From Octopus vulgaris (Eukaryota), in assembly GCA_951406725.2 (NCBI GenBank), contig OX597819.1, forward strand, positions 116,932,001 through 116,996,000: a DNA stretch of 64,000 bases, read 5' to 3'. Below, piece after piece: positions 56,258 to 64,000 of the stretch. Numbering within the stretch: the stretch's first letter is position 1; each line of letters opens with the position of its first letter. A program made the translations under genes and the position numbers. Below the pieces are notes generated by a model. The model was not told the DNA's origin. It saw only the letters and a list, made by a program, of their open reading frames with translations, and did not search any database.

Positions 56258-57960
56258 AATATACGATGGGATTCTTTCAATTTCCGTCTACCAAATCCAC
56301 TCACAAGGATTTGGTCTGTCTGAGGCTAGAGTAGAAGACACTTGCCCAAGGTGCCAGGCAGAGGAACTGAACCCAGAAGCATGTAGTTGGTAAGCAAGCT
56401 ACTTACCACCCAGCCACTCCTTACCAAACCTTCTATAGAAATATTGCGTTGATTTCCCACTAAAAGCATTATCCAGCTAGTACAATGCTGTACGGGTCAG
56501 GCAATATTATAGAAGCCAACTGCCGAATCTTGATCTAAGCTTGATCCATGGCTGCAGTTCGGTCAGAGACGAGCTGCGGAAAGACATGCCGCACGAAGGA
56601 AGGCCACAGCAATTCGCCTTATTTCCGTCACCGACCTTCACACCATTGTAATAATTTCGATATTTCTGCAGGTATATCAGCTACAGCGAGTGGGTATTCA
56701 CAGCAGATGGATTTTCTAGATTGGCGTACCCGACGGAGTGGGTATTGACAGGAGATGGATTTTCAAGACTGGCAGGACTTGAACCTTCAATAAAACGCCA
56801 AAATGCAAGCGCTACGACCTCGTCAGAGTTTTCTCACGACTGTTAAGCTGTAGTACACTACCTAGACAATGTATGCATTCCTTACTTCCACCAGACCATT
56901 CAGAGACATCTTCCATTCTCCCCATTTGTGTGTGAGATTGGTCACCTTGATTATAGTCTCTTCCCGGATCCGATACAAATAGAGATCTGATCCGAAACAT
57001 ACATCGAGTTCTTTCATTACCACCCCCACCTCCAGTGACAGAAATTGCTGCTAATCTCCATGACTTGCTTCTCCAAACCTGATTGTCAATCGATAGATTT
57101 CTCCTGGTTTATGTGTGCTCCTTTATGTTTTCAGTAGAGTGTCGGTTGTTTCCGTAGCCGAAGAGGCCGATATCTTAACACTAACGTCGTCAGCGTATAC
57201 AGACACGACTCTCTTGTTACCTAAATCCACTGATAAATATCTAAACCACTTCAGGTTTCGCTCAAAAGTATCTAATGCCAAAACATATAAAAGTGAGGAG
57301 CTGAGGCATCGCTCAGTGCTCGAACGTTCATTACTGAAAGGTTCCGAGAAGTGAATTGACCATGGAGCAGATGCCACTATAGATTGTGGTGATCCAGTCT
57401 CTGAAGTTGAGATCAAAACAGACAGCTTTTAGGGAAACCACCGAATACCGATGGTCCACAATGTCAAGTACCTTGGATTGGTCCAAACTGAAGTGTGCTC
57501 CTCCAACGTCAGTTCTTTCCCCCACCCGCTCTACGATTTATCGCTTGAGCTGGAGGTTGTGGACAGACCTACCAGAGCTCGCACAGGTCCGCGCGTATCT
57601 CATAATGATCACATTAGCTACAATATTTAACTCACTGTTGAGCAGTTCTGAACTTGAAATGTTCAATCGCATCATCCTTCTTCAATAGAGTCACCACACT
57701 CACGCTACAGGGAATGCACCCTCTCTGTTGCCAGGTGCTGTAGATGGCTGCCAAAGCAGGGGCAAACAGGTCAGGCATGTGCAAATGTAGTTCCTAATGG
57801 AGACCATCGAATTCTGTTGATTTGCATCACACAAAACAGCTCAATACATCTGCTGCTCCCTCCTGTGAAATCGGCATTTCGCAACATTCAGCCTTTCTGT
57901 CCGATAGTCGCGGCATATCATCGAGATAGGAACCCAAGGCTGTTGTCCAATGTATTCTTC
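55440..57960 (-). mobile_element. Decayed Tx1/L1-clade LINE RT region, interrupted by a SINE
   Basis: LDQSKVLDIVDHRY, DWITTIYSGI, SSLLYVLALD and VSVYADDVSV in broken frames; the left boundary is approximate. Confidence 0.78.
55950..56420 (-). mobile_element. SINE family A, full length, nested in the Tx1-like LINE
   Basis: Colinear with 33411-33819. Confidence 0.9.
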
Positions 57961-57983
57961 GTACTGAGGCTTTGTCGTACAGA

Positions 57984-58514
57984 GGCTTTCATGATTTCTG
58001 ATCTTAACTGATTAGAAGTGTTATCATGTACATTGTTTTGTCTTGGTATAAAAGATGGGCTACAGCAAATATTCTGCTCAATACCACAGATTTGCTTGAC
58101 AGTTGTTTGACCTTAACCAGTTCAGCATGTCCCTTAGTGGCTGACGATATGTGCATTTCTGATCACGAGCAGAAGTAGTGGGGGAGCATCATAGCCATGT
58201 GTTGGGAGGGATTCTTTGGGGTTTGAATAATTCACCTCTGCAAACATGGGTGTTTCATTCAACATCCTTAAACAACACTTATTCAGGGACCATTTGAGCA
58301 GGATAGGTTACTCGACCTGAAGAAAATTCTAAGTGGGCCCCACCTGCAAGGTCATGTGCTGCTTATCTTAATATGAGATCACCATGTCGCGCATATATGG
58401 TTGTGATGCATGTGCCTAGTGTACCCTTATCAGACGGGTAGTCATGATGGGTATACTGGGCTTCGTATATTTTACCCCAGTGTCCCTTTGATGGCATGTA
58501 CTGCTTTCTCACTC
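57984..58514 (+). mobile_element. Non-coding (TAA)n-associated element, copy 2
   Basis: Direct repeat of 58575-59105; ends CTCACTC then (AAT)n. Confidence 0.9.
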
Positions 58515-58544
<30 letters not shown>

Positions 58545-58545
<1 letters not shown>

Positions 58546-59104
58546 CCCTAATGCCCTAATGCAATACCAGGCAGTGGCTCACGTGACTTCTGATCTTAAC
58601 TGAAATGAAGTTTTATCATGTACGTTGTTTTGTATTGGTTTAAAAGATAGGCTACAGCAAATATTTTGCTCAATAACACAGATATGCTTGTCAGTTGTTT
58701 GACCTTAACCAGTTGATTATATCCCTTAATGGCTTGCGATATATGCGTCTTTAATCATTAGCAGAGGTAGTGGGCAGCATCATAGCCATGTGTTGTGAGG
58801 AATTCTTTGGAGTTTGAATAATTCACCTCTAGAAAAGTTGGTATTTCGTTCAACATCCTTAAACATTCCTTATTCAGTAACCTTTTGAGCGGGAGGGGCT
58901 ACTCGACCAGAAGAAAATTCTAACTGGTCCCCACCTACAAGGTCATGTGCTGTGTATCTTCATATGAAATCACCATGTCACGCACATATGGTTGTGATGC
59001 ATGTGCCAGGCGTGCCCTTATCAGACGGGTAGTCATGATGGGTATACTGGGCTTCGTATATTTTACCCCAGTGTCCATTTGATGGCATGCGCTGCTCTCT
59101 CACT

Positions 59105-59105
<1 letters not shown>
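58545..59105 (+). mobile_element. Non-coding (TAA)n-associated element, copy 3 (longest)
   Basis: Flanked on both sides by (TAA)n. Confidence 0.9.
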
Positions 59106-59177
<72 letters not shown>

Positions 59178-59178
<1 letters not shown>

Positions 59179-60580
59179 GAACTAAATGCACGTAATAAGG
59201 TGTTAGCTATAAACTCCTTAGCAGTTCCAGTTGTTACTTATAGCTACAATGTGTTGAACTGGAATATGAGTGAAGTAAAGAATATAGATAGGAAAATACG
59301 CAAGCTGCTGAGTTGTAATAGGATGCACCACCCAAAAGCAGACGTAGATCGCCTTTACCTTCCCTGAGCTCAATGAGGTCGAGGCCTGATCCAATTTGAA
59401 CTAGCTTACAAAACAACCACAATTGGACTGGCCAAATATCTCGAAATAACGAATGACTGGATGCTAAAGCTCGTGGAAAATCACGAGAGACGAAAGAAGC
59501 TTCATTCCATCATAAAGGAAAGCGAAAAATTTGCTATTGATCTCGTGCAGGATACCCAAACTGAACAACCCGAGGGAAGTACGTCAACTATTGTTGCAAA
59601 GAAGGTAAAAATAATGGCAACGAAAAAAGCGCACGAGCAATTGGCTGATAGGTGGGAGGAGAAACCTCTGCACGGCAAATATGTGGCCTGCAGCAAACAA
59701 GCTGATGTTGACCAGAAGCAAACCCATCAGTGGCTACGGAGTTCAGGGCTAAAAGCAGAGAGCGAAGGTTTCATCCTGGCTGCTCAAGATCAAAGCCTAT
59801 TAACCCGGAACTACCAGGCCAATGTGATGAAAAATGGAGCAGACCCAAAATGCCGATTCTGCAACGACATCATTGAAACAGTGGACCACCTAATCTCTGG
59901 ATGTAAAGTCTTAGCACCAGTGGAGTATAAATTAAGACATGACAGAGTTAGCCAATATCTACACTGGCTAATAAGTCGGCATTACAATATCAACACTGCC
60001 GACAAGTGGTATAATCACCACCCTGAGGCTGTAACTGAAGGAGAAAATGTAACCAATCTGTGGGACTTTACAGTACATACAGACCGAACCATCAAGGCCA
60101 ATAAACCAGATATTGTTGTGAATGACCAAAACAATAAAGTTTGCTTATTGATCGACATGAGCATCCCCTGTGATCATAATATCTCAGCGAAAGAGTTTGA
60201 CAAGCTCAGAAAATATAAAGACCTACTCATTGAAATTGAGATAATGTGGCATCTCAAGGCGGTTACAATACCAGTGATCGTAGGAGCACTAGGAATGATC
60301 AAGAAGGGAACCGAAAATTACATGAGAATGATCCCTGGCTTACCATCCCTGCAAGAAGTGCAAAAGATTGTCTTAACTGGTACATCACACGTATTGAGAA
60401 GAGCATTGTCGATGTGAGAACTGTTGCTGCTCATGTATTTTAAGTTAACCTAAAAAAAAAATGAACGAACTATTGAGTTTGGTTTAATGGCCTACCAATG
60501 TATACTATGAGTTTCTTTGCCCTAGGAGTCGGGAAGACACTCGGCAAGAAATGGAAGCAAATTTGAAAAAAGAAAAAAAA
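59178..60580 (+). mobile_element. 5'-truncated R4/Dong-type LINE, second family, in (TAA)n
   Basis: Frame open from ELNARNKV with two stops, then ORF 59461-60417 with CRFC...H...C, RHD and KPDI...IDMS...K..KY; RT core absent. Confidence 0.92.
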
Positions 60581-60602
60581 AGTAATGATAATAATAATAA
60601 TA

Positions 60603-60720
60603 TCTACTAACATGGGTGAACAAGATTAGTGCAAGTGTGAAAGTAGAACACCTACAGAACGAGCATTGCTTGGAACTGCAAGAATTCCTCCCAGGGTTCT
60701 TGAAGCATGACCAGTGAAGA
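60603..60720 (+). pseudogene. Short 3' ORF end of a further restriction-endonuclease LINE family
   Basis: VEHLQ...ALLGTARI..RVLEA* directly after (TAA)n. Confidence 0.65.
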
Positions 60721-61089
60721 TACTAAGAAACTAGCGTATTGGACGGGTATAGATGTGGTAGGATGTACTGAATGGTGTAAATATTTCAACGTGTATTAAA
60801 ACGTAAAATGTTGTCCGCATACGACGTAGCACAACTTTGGGATGAAGAGCAACAAAAAGAAATAAAAAAGCAAAGACAGTTGCTCAGAATATAATTCTCT
60901 GAATGTGTCTCGAAGATTTATATTCCAAAATGACGCTAACAACAACCTATTCAGTTTTACTATTTATTCCCGTTGGAATTCTCCTCTACCCTCAAAGTTT
61001 TCTTATATAATGTAGGTTTTTTATGTTCTTATGTAATTTCTTAGCTTACCATTTTGGCATTAACAGAAATGAATATTCGCAGTCCCACT

Positions 61090-61094
61090 GTATA

Positions 61095-61143
<49 letters not shown>

Positions 61144-61184
61144 TTCTATTCATATATATGTATATATACATATATGTCTATATT

Positions 61185-61222
<38 letters not shown>

Positions 61223-61336
61223 AATACTTATATATGTATATATGTATAGATATATACATACATATATGTATATATATATACAAGTACTTATATATGTATA
61301 TATGTATATATATATACATACATATATGTATATATA

Positions 61337-61371
<35 letters not shown>

Positions 61372-61422
61372 AATATATATATATATACATACATATACGT
61401 ATCTATATATATAATATATATA

Positions 61423-61454
<32 letters not shown>

Positions 61455-61625
61455 ATATATATAAACATACGTATATATACATATATATATATATATAATA
61501 TATATACATACATATATATACATATATATATATATACATATATACATATATATAATATATATATACATATATATACATATATATAATATATATATACATA
61601 CATATATATACATATATATATATAC

Positions 61626-61657
<32 letters not shown>

Positions 61658-61660
61658 CAT
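61090..61660. repeat. Long degenerate (TA)n/(CATA)n field ending in (GA)n
   Basis: Direct reading. Confidence 0.95.
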
Positions 61661-61789
61661 GCTAGTTTTCCCCGTTCATATCTATAATTCTCTAAATACA
61701 ATACTGCTTTCTAACTTAGAGTGTGTTTCAGTTTCGGATTTATGATTTACTGACGATACACATACACACAGATACACACAGATACACAC

Positions 61790-61840
<51 letters not shown>

Positions 61841-63147
61841 CATACATGAGCGTACCAGTATTACTTTTGATTAATGTAAGTGCATTATACTACAACAATA
61901 TATATATCGTTTACATAAAATCGGTATCATAAAAATATCTATTCTCCATAATTATATATAACATACATTTACTCATTTAGTATATATACACATGTTCGTT
62001 TATTTATTCATCTCTAAACACACTCATTTATTTTTTCTATCATATGCAAGCTATTGATTTATGTAAGTCCGTTGCGTTATTATTATTTATTCTTTCTTTT
62101 ACATATAATATCTAGACCGTTTCCAGTAAAACATATAGTTCAGCAAATAAAATCAATACATTTACACAATCTGCAAAACTGTATTTCTTGAAACATTGAG
62201 AAAACGTAAAAGCAACTAATCTGTAGCCATGTACAATTCACTCTTAAACTAAGAATCATTTAATACATGAAGTAAATGTTATGTATTTTATGTATATTGT
62301 TTGTTTTCAACTTGATTACAATGCAGATATACAGGCATTTGCTTGGGTATTTAAATGGATATCCATAATACCGTACAGAAAATGTTTACTTCACATCGCT
62401 GTAACCATACACAAATAGATACGTTTTGGCAAGCGTCTGTCTCAAATGTTTTCGTTGCTAATTTTAAATAATATTCATATTTCTAATTTTAGAGTTCTAT
62501 CTAGCAGATATAGTGGCCGTACACAGTCCTATTTGGTTTAGGTCAAATTTAATCTGTCCTCTGTTGTATAGACCCAGATCATCCCTGCTCCATCACATGT
62601 ATGATGAAATACCTTCTTGCCATTTTCGATGCGTCTCATTTTCTGTACGTCCGGAAATCCACTTACCGTATAAGATTTTATTGAAGACAGCAGTGTGAGA
62701 TTTAAGGAAGTTTCGGTTGCTATTTGGAGCAGGCCAAAATATGTAGGTGAGTTGTAAACTCGGTAATGACTGAGACAAACGAAAGCATACCGAACCCTAT
62801 TTTGTGGAAAATTATTGTTGGACGTTACATTATTTAAGCACATTACACCCACTTCTCTATTTTTAACTTTCAGTTCCATTCTGTCAGATTCAAACCCGTA
62901 ACAAGTTGCAGTGGGAGGGATGCGTTGTTGAGGGAGAAGAAGCTAGCATCATATAATAAGGTGTTGACATTCATGAAAGTACTAAAAAAATAATGATGGA
63001 AAATATAGTTGTATGTAGAATTCGTACATGCTTTAGAATTTCCAATACAGTAAATTTCAGGTTCGTGGTTCTTCTATTAATATCTAACACGTATCGCAGT
63101 TTGTTTGTGACAAAATTACCGGCTACGAAACCACGTAATTTGAGAAC

Positions 63148-63289
63148 GGGGCGACACCAGTAGGACTGCTTCGTAGGGGCGACACCAGTAGGACAAGCAA
63201 TTAGTGAGACAAGAGATTGCTACATATTCCGAGACCTGTAGGACAAGCGATTAGTGAGACAAGAGATTGTTACGTATTCCGAGACCTGT
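63148..63289 (+). repeat. Two overlapping tandem duplications (28 bp and 50 bp periods)
   Basis: GGGGCGACACCAGTAGGAC at 63148 and 63176; 50 bp unit at 63188 and 63238. Confidence 0.92.
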
Positions 63290-63814
63290 TTTGAATTTCG
63301 AATAAAAATTAATATTTAAATGACTTTACATCTTAATTTTAATATGCTTCATCCCAAACCAAATAGTAGCTGCTATTTTATATTTTAATCACAGTTGATT
63401 TAACGTCATCGATAAGTTCGATACATTATGTATTATATTTGGTTTAAAAAAAATGTTTATTATTCTATTGAAAATCATATTTTTCTCGTTTACAACCAAA
63501 ATAGCCGACAAATTGGCATACTTACTCTTTCTATTCTCGCACAAAGAATGGATTAGAATTATATTCGCAAACTTCAATATAGATATACGACTACGTCATA
63601 TATCAGTTTACGTCTAGCAATGATTTCCACAATTTATCCCCAAGCAAGGAAACATATTCAGACAATCCAGGAAAGTAAAGATATATACGAATAAAACAAA
63701 TTATCCAGGCATACGATTTATCTAAGAAACAACAAACTGTTCAACTTTGAATGCACTGATAACTGATGAATGTTTGGCCGAAAGCTATTTTAAAGCGTGG
63801 AAATTTAAAACACT

Positions 63815-63953
<139 letters not shown>

Positions 63954-64000
63954 TAATAATTGAAATATCTGCTAGGACATTGTATTAATGGAATTCGCTT

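Noticed and set aside
58545-58620. HDV-like ribozyme at the 5' end of the 550 bp element
   Set aside because: Could not fit P3/L3 and P1.1 by eye; needs a consensus-based search

Overview
AT-rich, microsatellite-saturated animal genomic DNA. The repeat repertoire suggests a coleoid cephalopod such as Octopus (inference only). I cannot support any host protein-coding exon, and almost all listed ORFs are microsatellite artefacts. Supported content: a 5'-truncated CR1/L2-type LINE (1.5-4.1 kb) plus fragments, a decayed Tc1 transposon, a mariner-type MITE, several Penelope-like element (PLE) GIY-YIG remnants, two decayed Tx1/L1-like LINEs, a nest of R4/Dong-type restriction-endonuclease LINEs in (TAA)n at 51-61 kb, many tRNA-derived modular SINEs and one intact tRNA-Phe(GAA) gene. 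Best leads: (1) a PLE-derived module reading ORF end, tRNA-like Pol III promoter, then a minimal type I hammerhead ribozyme, present twice at 14.6-15.3 kb, with other hammerhead-like motifs elsewhere; (2) an intact tRNA-Phe fused head-to-head to a SINE inside one putative target-site duplication; (3) a ~550 bp non-coding (TAA)n-targeted element whose 3' hairpin resembles the R4/Dong 3'UTRs; (4) a covarying 3' stem-loop shared by the LINE and the main SINE family. All structures were read by eye and none was computed.
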